A stretch of DNA of 64,000 nucleotides from Squalus acanthias (GCA_030390025.1 CM059447.1:26226001-26290000), one strand, 5' to 3'. Counted from the stretch's first letter, positions 47,969-61,022 are shown. The notes: generated by a model not told the origin, from the letters alone. Made by a program: numbers and translations.

Positions 47969-49104
47969 ATCCTAGGTGCAAGCTCATCAATAAACTGTGA
48001 CTTGTTTCTCAATAATTTCAAACTATTATGCTTTAGAAAGATACAGTAGGCTTTACAATGTTAATTCTACAGCAATTATATTCAAGTACATTCAGCATAC
48101 CTACTTCTCAGGTGCCACCCACATTCCCACTAATCCTGCTTGTAAATTCTCATACACTTAAATAAGATTCTCCACATTTTGTGCTGGCACAAGGGTTAGA
48201 TTCTAAATGAATGTTCTTTCATTTTGTTGGAGAATAAATCATAAATTTGGATTTGAAGCATAGGTGTGACTGGGGTTGAGGTTGCCTGTATTAATGGGAA
48301 CAGGAATGGAACATACATTGCTTATTGTACTCTGTGTTAACCAGGATTAAGTAAACCCATACTAATCTTTGTACTCTTCTTTCATTCTGTTCTATTAATA
48401 CAAATTGGTTAGATTTGTCCAGCGTGCCAGGTGCCTGTAAATGTACAGACAGCACATCGAGAAATGCTCCACTAATAAATAGAACAAGATCATTTTGCTC
48501 ATACCTAACTACATTGTCTCAACTGTGGAAGCCCTTTTGGTTGGACAAGTTTTATAACTCGATTGCCAGGATTAAACACATGAATGACCTAACCTTAACT
48601 GCCATATGCACTTAAATAAGTCAATATTTAAAAAAAATATTGGCATAAGAATACTTTATTATTTATTTAAATACAATTGAGAGTAACACAGTTTTTCCCC
48701 TTTGTGTGACTATCGGTGCTCAACTTAAAAACAGCAATTTTTTATTTCTAGTCCATCTTTCATTACAAATAAAAAATGTACACATCAGAATTAGAACCAG
48801 TTTGTATGGGATTTCTGCAGCTGCTGCAGGAGGTTTAGAGCATGTTTTCTGATGCCGAGAGAGATTTTATATAATCACTGGCCTCATGCTACAGGGGTGC
48901 AGTTTAATCTTTTGGCCACTGGTTGGCAGTATAAGGCTATACATAAATGCTAACTGTCCTCCGGGGTGGGGAGAGTAGGATCATCATGGAGTATAAATCC
49001 ATTACCAAGCAAATTCCACCCAGTCTTTGAGTCTGAGGCAGGCTTTAAAGTTCATTGTTCGAGGAATTTTAGCACAAGAGGCTTTTTGGCCTTCGGTGAC
49101 ATTC

Positions 49105-49592
49105 TTGGCTCAATGGTAGCACTCTGGCCTCTGAGTCAGAGAAGGTCATGGGTTCAAGCCCCACTCCAGAGACTTGAGCACATTATCTAAGCTGACACTG
49201 TTCAAGGTGCTGGCTTTTGGATGGGATATTAAACGGAGGCCCCATCAAGTGAATGTAAAAGATCCCACGGCACTATTTCAAGAAGATCAGGGAAGTTCTC
49301 TCCATGTCCTGGTCATTACCGATCCTTCAATCAACAACACTAAAATAGATGATCTGGTCATTGCTGGGTGCAAATTGCCTGCTCAGTGTCCCTATATTAC
49401 AACAGTGACTACATTTCAAAAGTATTTCATTAGCTGTGAAGCACTTTAAGGTTCTGATGAAAGGTCATCGACCTGAAACGTTAACTCTGTTTCTCTCTCC
49501 ACAGATGCTGCCTGACCTGCTGAGCATTTCCAGCAGTTTATGTTTTTATTTAAGATGCTGTGAAAGGTGCTATATAAATGCAAGTCCTTTTC
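49105..49592 (+). mobile_element. tRNA-derived Deu-domain SINE (SacSINE1-like) with L2-like tail
   Basis: Pol III A/B-box-like head (tggctcaatggtag...gggttcaagccc), core gatcccacggcactattt...gggaagttctc, tail aaaggtgctatataaatgcaag; carries a nested ~100-bp insertion. Confidence 0.75.
49450..49486 (+). ncRNA. Minimal type I hammerhead ribozyme motif in a Penelope-associated repeat (49451-49548)
   Basis: ggtt-CTGATGA-a-AGGTC-atc-GACCT-GAAA-CGT-T-aact: core boxes, 5-bp stem II, palindromic ACGT stem III, short stem I. Confidence 0.65.
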
Positions 49593-51482
49593 CTTTCTCT
49601 CTTTCTTGCCTCTGCTGGTTTGATTTTAGACAATCCTATTGTTCTTTGTCCTCAAATCTAATTTAATTTTCCTCATAGCCTTTTATATTCTTTAACTAAT
49701 TATCCAGGAACTTTTTTTGCCATTGTAATTGATGCTAGTATTGAACACCACTTGCGGCAAACCACTTGTGCTCAACTATTCTTGAGATCTTGCTGTTTAG
49801 CTTAGATCCTAACTTCTCGCACTCCCTCAGCACGATCTCTCCTGTATTCTTTCTTATGTCGTTGGTTCCCACATGAACTACGACTTCTGGCTGATCATCC
49901 TCCATCTCCACTCCATTATGTCCCTTACCCTAGCACCTAGGAGGCAATATCTATTCGGGATTGCAGGTCAGACCTGCAGAAATGGCTATTGATCCCTCTA
50001 AATCCATGATGCCATGTTATTGCTTATGTGTACATTGTGATATAATACCCTATTATTATAAAACAGCATATCCCATATGACTCATTGTGACCAAGGCCAT
50101 GTAATACAGCATATGTTTTGTCCATCACACTTTGGCATCAGACCTGTGTGTGCAAATATCTGCAATTACATATACAGGAGCAACAAATCACAACTGAAGA
50201 GCTAGGGCATGTGTAAATCATACAAGAGGAAGTACACACACACTCTTACTAAAATGCTGCTGCTTAGAATTATTGTAAATCCTCAAACATTTTTATCAAA
50301 GAGGCTTATTCAATGTGGAGCATTTGGCTGGAGCCTAACTTATTGGGTTGGCCTTTACTGCCATAGAAAGGGGAATTGGGTGGTCAGGACTTGAGTGCAA
50401 AAAGGATCAAGGGAACAGGAAGAAGTAGGTCTCATGGATGAGGTGAGCTTGGATAGGGCAAGAGCAAAATGGCTGCAGACAGACAGGAATTCAGAGCTAG
50501 AGGGGCTGGGTGGAAGGGAACAGGAAGGGCAGTGGAGGCAGGAATAGCCTTGATCTCAGTGTTGAATAAATCTCTGAGCGCCTTACATTTTGTGTTTGAG
50601 GTGATGGTGGAGGAGCTGGTTTAAGGAGGTAGTTGGTCATAGATTAAAAAAAAGGAACCATCAGGATGATCTTTTAGAATAGGTGGTTTGGGCTGAGCAG
50701 AGCTTGACGTGATCATGCCAGATCTGTCAATGAATGGCTAGGCCAGTTGCGTATGCTTGTGTTTACAACCCTCACAGTTGGGAAAGAAATGGCAGGGGTC
50801 ACAGACTCGCTTTGCAGAGAACAAGGGTGTCAAGGATAGTCGTAAGACCGCAATTAAGGCAGTCTCCCACAGTGGAGAGATAATGGTGACACGGTAGAGG
50901 ATTTAGGACATTGAGAGTGAGGTTGTAAGGATCCCAGGGACAGCTATTTCCAGGAATAGATGGTGAAAGCTGTGTAATTGTACCAGGGTACAGGGATGTG
51001 GATGTTAGTAGAGATGAGGAAATGGTCAGAGATAGACTTGTCTAACACTGAGACCACAGGGAAGAAGTTGACATAAGGCATGGCAGAGGGGTATGGTAAA
51101 AGGAAATATTAAATAAAAAGGGTAAAGTGCTTAGAGGATTAGGGGCAAAGGCCAAGATGTGATTTGGGGATAATGGTCATGCCACCATGGTAATGGTTTG
51201 GGCAGGGGCAGTAGTAAAGCTATAGCCTAGCAGGGAAGCTACTGTGAGGGGAAAGGAGTTGCTGCCCATGTGCCCATCTGTTAGTGCCAAGATGAGGTTT
51301 CACAGACACATAGTGAGGCAAATACAGAGGGGGTCTGTGACAAAATAACAGTGCAAGAAGTATGAACAATGGGCAGAGATTGAAGAGGTTGACCCAAGGA
51401 GTCTAAGATGATCAGCGAAAGTGGAGAATGGGGCAGTTAGGTAATTGCTTACAGGAGAGAAGGTTTGTAAAATGGAAAGAAA

Positions 51483-52227
51483 CTGCAAAGTGCTACAGTA
51501 CAAAGGGATCTGGGGGTCCTGGTGCATGAAACACAGAAGGTTAGTATGCAGGTACAGCAGGTGATCAGGAAGGCCAATGGAATCTTGGCTTTTATTGCAA
51601 GGGGGATGGAGTATAAAAGCAGGGAAGTCTTACTTCAGTTATACAAGGTACTGGTGAGGCCACACCTGGAATACTGCGTACAGTTTTGGTTTCCATATTT
51701 AAGAAAATATATACTTGCTCTCGAGGCAGTTCAGAGAAGGTTCACTCGGTTGATTCCGGAGATGAGGGGGTTGACTTATGAGGAAACGTTGAGTAGGTTG
51801 GGCCTCTACTCATTGGCATTCAGAAGCATGAGAGGCGATCTTATCGAAACATAAAAGATTGTGAGGGGGCTTGATCGGGTGGAAGCGGGGAGGATGTTTC
51901 CACTGATGGGTGAGACTTGAACTAGGGGGCATAATCTTAGAATAAGGGGCTGCCGTTTCAAAACTGAGATGAGGAGAAACTTCTTCACTCAGAGGGTAGT
52001 AAATCTATGGAATTTGCTACCTCAGAGAGCTGTGGAAGCTGCGACATTAAATAAATTTAAAACAGAGATAGACAGTTTCCTAGCTGATAAGGGAATTAAG
52101 GGTTATGGGGAGCGGGCAGGGAAGTGGACGTGAGTCTAGGTTCAGATCAGCCATGATCCTATTGAATGGTGGAGTAGGCCCGAGGGCCCATATGGCCTAC
52201 TCCTGCTCCTACTACTTATGTTATGTT
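51483..52227 (+). mobile_element. CR1 LINE 3' fragment
   Basis: ORF 51522-51854 KANGILAFIARGMEYKSREVLLQLYKVLVRPHLEYCVQFW; tail ggcctactcctgctcct...ttatgttatgtt. Confidence 0.9.
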
Positions 52228-53652
52228 AAGTAGTGATAGATTGGGATCAGAGCAGGTAGCATACCTGAGGGAGGAGAATGGTGCCATGATCAGCTTTGGG
52301 TTAATGGAGACAGGAGAGCATGCCTCAGAAGGAAGATATTACTGAGTTCGGTTCTCGAGTTAGTCAAAATACACACACGAAAGGCACAAGAGAGTCAGTT
52401 TTTTTTATATTAACATTAAAAATGTCACCAGGATTTGAACACTAGTCAGCAGAACTCTGCAGTCAGTCCAATGTAGCCAGCAGTATAACTGTGCTCTGAA
52501 CTTGCACTGTTCTCACAGTAGTTGCAGCTTTCAAATGGTACCTATAATGTAACATCAGAGAGACTAAGAATGACTAGTGCAAGGCAGAAGGGAATGTTCT
52601 CGCAAAGAGCCAGGACAGCACGATGGGCTGAATGGTCTCTACCTGTACTGTAAGCTATGATGGTTCTGTAGCGAGAATGCATTTACAACTTCACTAAGTA
52701 GCAAAGAAAATATTCCCCTGTTGTTGGTGCTGAATACTCTGCATCTGTCCATAGGATCTGTGACTCCTTTGTGAAACATTCATTTGATGATGCCAAATCC
52801 ATTTCAAGGGGAATTAATCCCAAATTCTTTGAGGGGGCCATAGATTCCATTTTGGTACAATTGTGTTTCTACCACACATTGGAGATGGATGACCAGTTAA
52901 TTGTTTTCTGGGAGTGTTGCCTGAGAGAAATGTTGGTCATGACACACAACTCTTCAAATAATGCCATCAGATTTTTTTTTTTTTTTTTTTTTTTAAAACA
53001 TTGCTCCTGTTGAAAGGAGGCTTTGTTTTAATGTCTCAACCAAAAAACTGCACCTCCAACATGCAGCACTCAGTATTGTACTAGATTATGTCTGCAACTG
53101 TGAAGTGGAGCTTGAAACCACAACCTACTGAATGTTTCTAGGTTTTAACACAAGAGGGTTGGAAATGCAAAGAACACATGTTCACATGAAGTAAGACTTT
53201 GCACTCCCATCACTCCTTAGTACCCTGAATGCATTTACATGGATAACACACAAACTATAAGTTAGTGACAAACATGGTTCACAATTAAGCAACAATAAGC
53301 TGCCAGGCAGGGTAGTAGAGACACAGACTCAGCTAGAGAACGAGAATACTAGAGGGATGAGCTTCGGTGGGCCAAAAGTCCATTTCTTGTACTTTACTTT
53401 GCTCACGTTCTTAACTTCTGTTATTAAAAGAATCTCCAAATGTTTATAGAAAGCTGCTGTGACATCAACAAACGTGTGTCCATTCAAATTCAGTGTGCTA
53501 TGGATACCAGAATCTACAAGATGTCAATTGGAATCTTCTGTTATGAAGTCACTGTTATCAGTTAAAAGGAACCATTTGTTTCAACTATTCACTGTTTAGT
53601 TTCAAATATACTGAGCTTAGTGAATTGAACACAAGATAGAAGCAACTTACAA

Positions 53653-54645
53653 ATGAAAATGGAAGCTAACTTAGGAACCTGTAGGAAGAACATGGGGCTT
53701 TTGTCTGGAATGGGAGCTGCTTATTTACTGTACAAACCAATCAACATAAGCACAAACACTGAAGACCAGGACAGAAGAACGTCTAGTAACGAACATAGCT
53801 CATGTGTTGAAGCGGGGACTGGTAACTCTCACATGATTCAGGCTGATGCATCAGGATTTACTATCACCAGCAGCTGCGATGACATGGATGCACAACACTT
53901 GCGTAGGCTTTTGGCTGTTCTTAAGCAAAATCCCAATCCTACCCTGAAAGCACTCATTGGAACAAGTATTTGTAGATTGGCTGCATTTTCTGCTAATCAC
54001 GAATTAATTCGTTCACAAGGTGGGATCAGCATCATTGTAGAATCACTGAATGATCCTCTGACCGAGATAAAAGTAGACACTTTAAATGCTCTTAACTTCC
54101 TTTCTAACAATGTCACAAATCGAGAACTAATCCAGGAATATGTTCATCAAGTCCGTGAGCTGGTCAGCACAGCCATTTTAGACTCTGAATTACAGTTAGC
54201 TGCTTTAAGGCTGCTCAGTAACTTGCTGCACTACCATCAAAACCAGCTCAAGATGAAAAGGTCCATCCCGGAATTTTTTGAACTGTTGCAGAAAGGGTCA
54301 GCCCAAACTAAGGCCCAAGTATTAAAAATTTTCATCAATCTGTCAACAAACTTAGAGCTCACATTTGATATTCTGAACACCCGAGTTCCACCATCCTTCT
54401 TTTCATTGTTTAATACCTGCATACCACCAGATATTCTAAAGGGTCATCTGACATTTGTGGCTAATTTAAATGAAATCAGGAGAAGTCCACATTATGAATC
54501 TGCTCAGCATGAATACAATGAGGAGTCCCTCTTTGCACTGTTATTTGGAGGCTCACAATTTTCAAATAAACTCTTTTCTTTAATGACACACCCAGACAAT
54601 GGGGTGTTCATACTGACTACTAAGATCCTATCAAAATTACGGTGA
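53653..54645 (+). CDS. Intronless ARMC10/ARMCX-like armadillo-repeat protein (330 aa), probable retrogene
   Basis: Uninterrupted ORF with in-frame TGA upstream (53626). N-terminal hydrophobic GLLSGMGAAYLLYK resembles the ARMC10 anchor GLLLGAGACYCIYR. Arm_2-type motifs AAFSANHELIRSQGGI, LNALNFLSNN, QLAALRLLSNL, TKAQVLKIFINLSTN and EESLFALL appear in ARMC10 order. ATTAAA at 54687, AATAAA at 55028. Confidence 0.85.
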   Translation: MKMEANLGTCRKNMGLLSGMGAAYLLYKPINISTNTEDQDRRTSSNEHSSCVEAGTGNSHMIQADASGFTITSSCDDMDAQHLRRLLAVLKQNPNPTLKALIGTSICRLAAFSANHELIRSQGGISIIVESLNDPLTEIKVDTLNALNFLSNNVTNRELIQEYVHQVRELVSTAILDSELQLAALRLLSNLLHYHQNQLKMKRSIPEFFELLQKGSAQTKAQVLKIFINLSTNLELTFDILNTRVPPSFFSLFNTCIPPDILKGHLTFVANLNEIRRSPHYESAQHEYNEESLFALLFGGSQFSNKLFSLMTHPDNGVFILTTKILSKLR

Positions 54646-56869
54646 ATTACTTGCAAGTTACAGTTAGATAATATTTAATAGAATTAATTAAAAATTCTTT
54701 GATTTCAAGAGCAGTTTAAGCCACAGTAACTGGTTCAAAGGTTTGTGTGTAAGTATGAAGTATTTTAATTCTATGGACATTATTCCTTACAATGATAATT
54801 CTTAGTGAAAATATAAGATCATAAATTATATGCAGAAGCACGTGAGCTTTCACAAGGGTGAAAGACCCGGCATAATGTGACTGATAGAATCTTGAACTAG
54901 TTCTTGTACTTTCTGGAGCCTGTCACAGGAAACAAGCTGTTAAGTGGTAACTCCAGTTAATTTAATTCCCCAACAACTTAAACTATTAGCATCTGCACTA
55001 ACAATTACATTAGTAGATAATGCCACAAATAAAGGTGATTGGTATCTGCTTCACAACACGGTCTTCTCATTCTTTTAACCACTCAACAGTTCAAGTTATA
55101 ATTCATTGTAAAGCTGAACTCAGCGTGAACAAAGATCATTTGCCATCGCAGAGAACGTCACTTTATAAAATAACAGCACTGTTGATACACTATTTAAAAA
55201 AAATTGAATAGAGATCATACTTCACATACTTTATATGGGGTGGAAGAGAATTACTGCGACAGGGTTTCTCCAGTTTTATACTGAAGTTTAGTAATGTGCC
55301 TTACTGCACAAAAACCCCACCCTCTTATTCTTTTCAATCCAAACACTCTAGTGTAAGGCACACCCCAACTGTTCCAATTAAAATTTGCAAAAACACTCCA
55401 TATATCAGTTAAAATAGTGGGAGTGGAGGGTAGGAGTGAAGAATGTGGAGAATAAAATACATTAACCATGCTAATATTAGATTATCATATTCATCCTCCC
55501 TTCATAATCCTTTAGATGATACTTTCACATAATGGCCTATCAAGAGGTCAAGGCAGCAAGACCATCTTTGTAAGCCAGTTCAGACAATCATTGTCTACAC
55601 CTAAAACTGTTGGTCTGTCTCTTTTTACAGATGCTGATGCACCTACTGTGAAGTTCCAGCATTTTCAGTTATTATTTCTTGAATTTTCATAACTGAGCAC
55701 AGCCTGCTCTGTTTGCAAAGATTAATGGAACGAGTACATTCAAAAGACAGCTAGGTTCCTGCTAAGCCTGCTCCAAAGCACTTTTTACTTTGAACTAAGC
55801 TTTTGAACTTTATTTTTCCTAAATTTGACAATCTTGTGACTTCAAAAGTGTTGACTCTAGTCCTCCTCAAAAATACTGAAAGGAGTTGACAGTCATTGCA
55901 GGGAGTCAGAGAGGAGAGGCTGCTTCTTATTACCCTGTTCATTTCCTGTTCTCCAGCTTTCAATGATAATTTGTATTGGCTTTCTATTTTTATAGCTAAA
56001 GAAAACCAGTTGGAGCTGTTGTCTTAGTTATTGACCTTTTGTTTCCACCACACAAAGTATTGCAGTGAGCTCCATCTTTCATGTGCTACACTTTTGTGAT
56101 CCCACAGGAAATTGAACTGTGCAATATTAGTGCACAACAATGGCAGCTGGTGATCTTTTTAGTAGGTGAGGCACACGTTAAGCATGCCTACTAGCCAAGC
56201 CAGCTTGTCACTGACAATGGGCCCTTTGCACATGCGCAGTGTCTTTGAACGCACGCCCCAGTCACTGAAGTTGAAAAGGGTTAAAAAAAAATCTGAAGAA
56301 TGGAGTTTTGCAAATGCTCATTCGGCTGCAAGTTGCAGTTTTGCACATGGAACATTCCAAAACACAACTTTTTTCCCCTCGCTTGATGAGTTGCCTCTGG
56401 CTTAACATGTTCATATGGAATTCCTTTGTCCACTACTTTAAATGAGGTGTTATCCCATTTACTTCAAAATTTAAGCAGGTAAAAATTTCACACAAATGTG
56501 CTAAGTGTTGTTCTGCCATTATCACAGCGCAATTTCACTTCATGACATTTATTTAATTGGTTGCTATTTTGACAAACATCCAACCGTAAAACTGTTCTAC
56601 ATCCTATGAAAGAAATAAATTAATGTAAGAATATACAGCATTAAAATTGTAACTTAAAATGTTTAATAATCCATTTCAGTAAACAAATACAAATAAACAA
56701 TATCTGCAGTATTGCCATTAAGCATGTGCATGAGATTTTTTACATTCTAGCAAATGCTATCTAATTATTAAAGTCCACAGCATTGTTTTGGCTGGTCTAC
56801 ACTGGTACAATTTAAGAGTATAAATCTTAAGAATGCCTATTATGCCCAACAACTACTTCCAGTTGATAG

Positions 56870-57555
56870 CTGTGGTCTTCCAAATGTTAAACAGGACAAA
56901 GTTAAAACTCATCCAAGACTGGATGGAAGACAAGCAGTCTGACAGCACAGAGGCAGTCGGATTGAGAGAGAGGTAGAGCTGGGTGTCATCAGCGTATGTG
57001 TGGTTAGCTGACCCTGCTTTGATGGATGAGGTCATCGAGGGGCAGTATGTAGATGAGAAGAGCAAGAGCCCAATATTATATTCTTGGAGGTCCCTGTAGG
57101 TGACGGTGAAGGAGTGAAGATGATCTGGCTACATTTGGAAAAGTATGAGCGAAACCATGTCAGGGCAGGCCCAAAGAGCTAGACAACACAGGACAGATGT
57201 TGGAGAAGGATAGTGTGGCCCACTGTTTCGAGGACTGTACAGAGGTCAAGGAAGGATAAAGCACCACGGAGAACGCCATTAACGCTTTTGTCAGTGCTCT
57301 TCTGGTGCTCTGAGATAGACAGAAGCCAGACTGGAGGGATTTAAAGAATTACAGGCAAGATGGGCAGAGAGTCAGGAGGTGACAACATATTCAAGGACCT
57401 TGAGGGAAGAGAGAGGTTGGTGATACGGCAATAATTGGCAAGGATGAAAAAGTTGAGGATATTTTTATATAAGGGTGCGATAGTGACACTTTTAAAGGGG
57501 AAGAGGGATGGTATCTGAGAAACAAAACCATCAACTTTGCCAGCTAGCATAGGGG
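56870..57555 (-). mobile_element. Degenerate L2-type LINE RT fragment
   Basis: YADDTQLYLS...LSDCLSSIQSWM and ANYCRITNL remnants on the minus strand. Confidence 0.75.
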
Positions 57556-59864
57556 CTTGATGAAGAAATACACAAGCTCCTTGCACTTGGTGTTTGAGGA
57601 AAGGTGAAGGGGGGCAGGGGAAGAGGATTTTGAGGAGGAAAAAAAATGAGCCTGGGGTTATCCTTGCCCTCCAGGCTAACTGGCTGGTTTTAGCTGAGGA
57701 AGGTGAAGCACAATAGCACTTGCCATGGTCACTCAAGATCTGGTAATGGATGGCTAGGGACATTCAGACTTAAGCAAGAAAACATGGACAGCTTGAAAAT
57801 TTTACATTTAGACATGGAAATCTCCCATTTCAGATACTTGTAGTTCCTGCAGATGACATGCAGGAACCAGAACAAAAGACTATTGCTATATGATTTCCTG
57901 ACATTTAACCAGAAATTATAAATTTTACACAAACTAAGTTTTTTTGGCATCTACAGGATTAAAAACTATTGCAAAACTTGTACACAGTTCAAATTTTATA
58001 CAAAAATTAACAGTTCCTGTAAGCAGATGGTTTACAATTCAGAAGCTGTATATTTCTGTCTTCATACATACAGATGTATACCCAAGGAGATAACACTTGC
58101 AGCAATCTGCTTACTTGATTTAATTTCTCATGTTACACTAGCAGACGCTCTGAAATAGTAGATATTGCCACATAGACCAGAGATTTACAAACTTAAAGTA
58201 AATTTAGTTTAAACAGTATATAAAATGCACAAAAAATTGCAAATACTAAAATTACTATACACATGCATACAAGACTGTACACAATGAACCATTTATCTTT
58301 GGGTGGAGTATAAAATTCTTGGTCACTTACATGGTGAATACAGTTGATTTCTTCTCATAACAGTTTCTGAAACAGCAAATCATATTTTAAATGCATCATT
58401 CAAACACAAAAGAGTGTCTTCCATCTGACCAATACACCATCAAAATAACCTCACCCTTGTTTCAGACTCCAGCACTGAACCTCCAAAGTGTTCAGAGCTA
58501 CACTCCACTACCTGCTTTTTTCAGCAAACGTGACAATACTACATATTCATATGTACAATTAAATGCATTGTACAAGTGTGGAACTAGAAAAATTCTAAAA
58601 CAAATTAACAGAACATCAAAAACCTGCATCAGTTTGTGTCCCCAATCTAGCACTGATGTTTGTCTGCTACCTTTTTGCTCCCATGTACTATAAACAACGT
58701 TGTACCATGATAAAAGAGCATTTTAAAATAAAGTGTTCACTTTGCAACAAGATTGTGGTGTTTTGGAATATTTACTACACTAATCAATGTCCCGTAGCGT
58801 TGTTCACAATTAACAAGACGGTGTGCGCTGTTTGGCTGAGAGAGATTACAGCACTAACTCTTTAGCAAGCAAGAACAGGAGTTCTTGTCATTTTTTTTAA
58901 GAGGTAACAGCACCATCCTCTGGAAGAAATAAGAATAGCAGGTATTTACCATTATTACATTACCCATTGATTCAAAAATAAACTAGAATTTTATATATAT
59001 CTAGTAATGGATCTCCCATGCGTTGTTTATGGTAAGTTGGAGGGTAGGCTGGATAGGAAGTGGATTCAAAAGGGAAGTACTTGTGGTTTAGGCAAAGAGG
59101 GAAAGGGAAAGTTATTAGAATTTTAATAGATACATAGATAAGTTTAAGTAGAGTGTATTTATAAATATATAAAAGAACCACCAAAGAGCTGGGGAAACAA
59201 TTGGGAGAAAATGAGGCAAAATGTTGAGGGGGGGTTAAGCAATGGGGTAGCAAATGAGAAAAAAAAGAGCCAAGAAGAGACAGGGGAGTGGCCATCAGTT
59301 GGGACAGCAAATGGAAAAGAAAGGCTAAGAGCTGAGGTTGCAGTTAAGGTGCAAATCCAAAGAAACAAAAGAGCCAAAAAGGGGAAGAGTTAAGGTAGCA
59401 ATGGGGGAAGAAAAAAGGGGGTAGTCAAGAGATGGGCATCTCAGTTTATCACTGTCTCACAGCTGTAAGTATTTAACATGTTTTCTATTTTCTATCAACA
59501 AAATACAGATGATAATTAAAACTTCTGTTTTCTTTCAAAATTGAACTCATTTGTTTTTAGAAAGCATGTTAAGTGATTTGTGAGGAAAACTATTACTGTC
59601 ACCTAGTGGCAATAAAGTTACTTTGTTGTTTAACACTGGCATTACCAGATCATATTTTTGGATATTTTCACAGGCTTAGCATCACCAGCAACTCCCATCT
59701 GCAGATCTTACATCTCTTGCGATCCGCAGTGTACTTTTATCTGCCCAATATCTAGGTAAACGATAGTGAGACCCAGAGACCACACCAGAGAACTCATACT
59801 CTGTCAGCTACTGGAACACATCACATGTCGCTGTGGTTCTTCTCTCTTGGAAAACCAGACTGAA

Positions 59865-60350
59865 TCTAAATAGCACCTTTAATGTGGAAAAAATGTCCCA
59901 AGTCACTCAGAGGCATATGGAAAAAGTGGATGCCAAGCCAAAGGAGGAGATATTAGGAGGGTTGACCAAAAGCTTGGTTGAAAAGGTGGATTAAAGGAGG
60001 TTATTAAAAGGAGGAGGGGTGGAAAGGCAGAAGGGCTTAGAGGCAAGGAATGTTGGTGCCTGAAGACATTGTTGACAATGCGAAGGGAGCAGGGATGCAC
60101 TCAAGGCCCGAGTCAGAGAATGGAAGTTGGGAGGGGGGTGGTTGTAGGGCTGGAAGAGGATACACAGATGGAGAGGGACGAGGCCAGGAAAAAATTTAAA
60201 CACGGGGATGAGAATTTTAAATTTGAGGCATTGGGGGACCGGGAGCCAGTGTAGGCCAGCAAGGACAGGGGTGATGAGAATAGGATATGGGCAGCACTTT
60301 GGGACAGTTTACCACGTTAAAGATGCTATAAATGAAAGTTGTTGTTGTTG
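59865..60350 (-). mobile_element. Degenerate L2-type 3' fragment
   Basis: Reverse-complement similarity to 18500-18990 (WLPVPQCLKFKIL); ends next to a plus-strand L2/SINE-type tail (ttaaagatgctataaatgaaagttgttgttg). Confidence 0.65.
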
Positions 60351-60642
60351 CCGCCGCCAAGCAATGTGAAATCTGTGGTCATTTAACCCAATTAGCACCT
60401 TATGCTTCCTATTATGTTTTTGCTAACAATTCACACCATGTGATGGCTACCGTCTGGTATCTGAACTTGTGGTTCTTCCTTGGAGAACGGTGCGCCCCTG
60501 GGTCATTACACCTCCCAAGTTTTTTGATATTGCTGGAAATGGCAAGCAGACAAAAATTCATTTTTTTTGTTGTAGTCCATTAGAGCGCTACCTAGTAGTA
60601 TGACATATTACAGATTAAATGTTGACAATATTAAACATTGGA

Positions 60643-60714
60643 AATACCAAAATCCCTGTGCAGTTAGTGACAATTCAGCCTAAATCTATGGGTTAATCCT
60701 GCTTCCATTTACAT
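60643..60714 (+). repeat. 72-bp direct repeat, copy 1 (copy 2 at 63898-63969)
   Basis: 67/72 identical by manual alignment. Confidence 0.9.
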
Positions 60715-61022
60715 TGCATTTTATAATGTAAATCATAACACGGGAAGTAAGGTATTGTGGATAGGAAGTGCACCTCACGAACAAGACTTAATATATAGAT
60801 AGATAGAATTGATTTCCAATTCCAGCTTTTGATATTTTGGCTTCATACAAATCAGTAATTATTATTTGTTCAGTGCCACATTTACAGAAGTTCAGTAATG
60901 TGTACTTACTAAATTTTTCATTATATTTTAATGGAGATACTTTCCACAAAGTCTTACTAATAGTGACTCCAGCCTGCATCTGATCATGTTATAACAGACC
61001 AACACCCTGCACACTATGGCTG

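Noticed and set aside
49105-49170. tRNA-like sequence
   Set aside because: SINE head with no complete cloverleaf; continues into the SINE body.
50400-51470. Purine-rich stretch, probably an ancient minus-strand L2 ORF2
   Set aside because: Too decayed to set boundaries or family reliably by eye.
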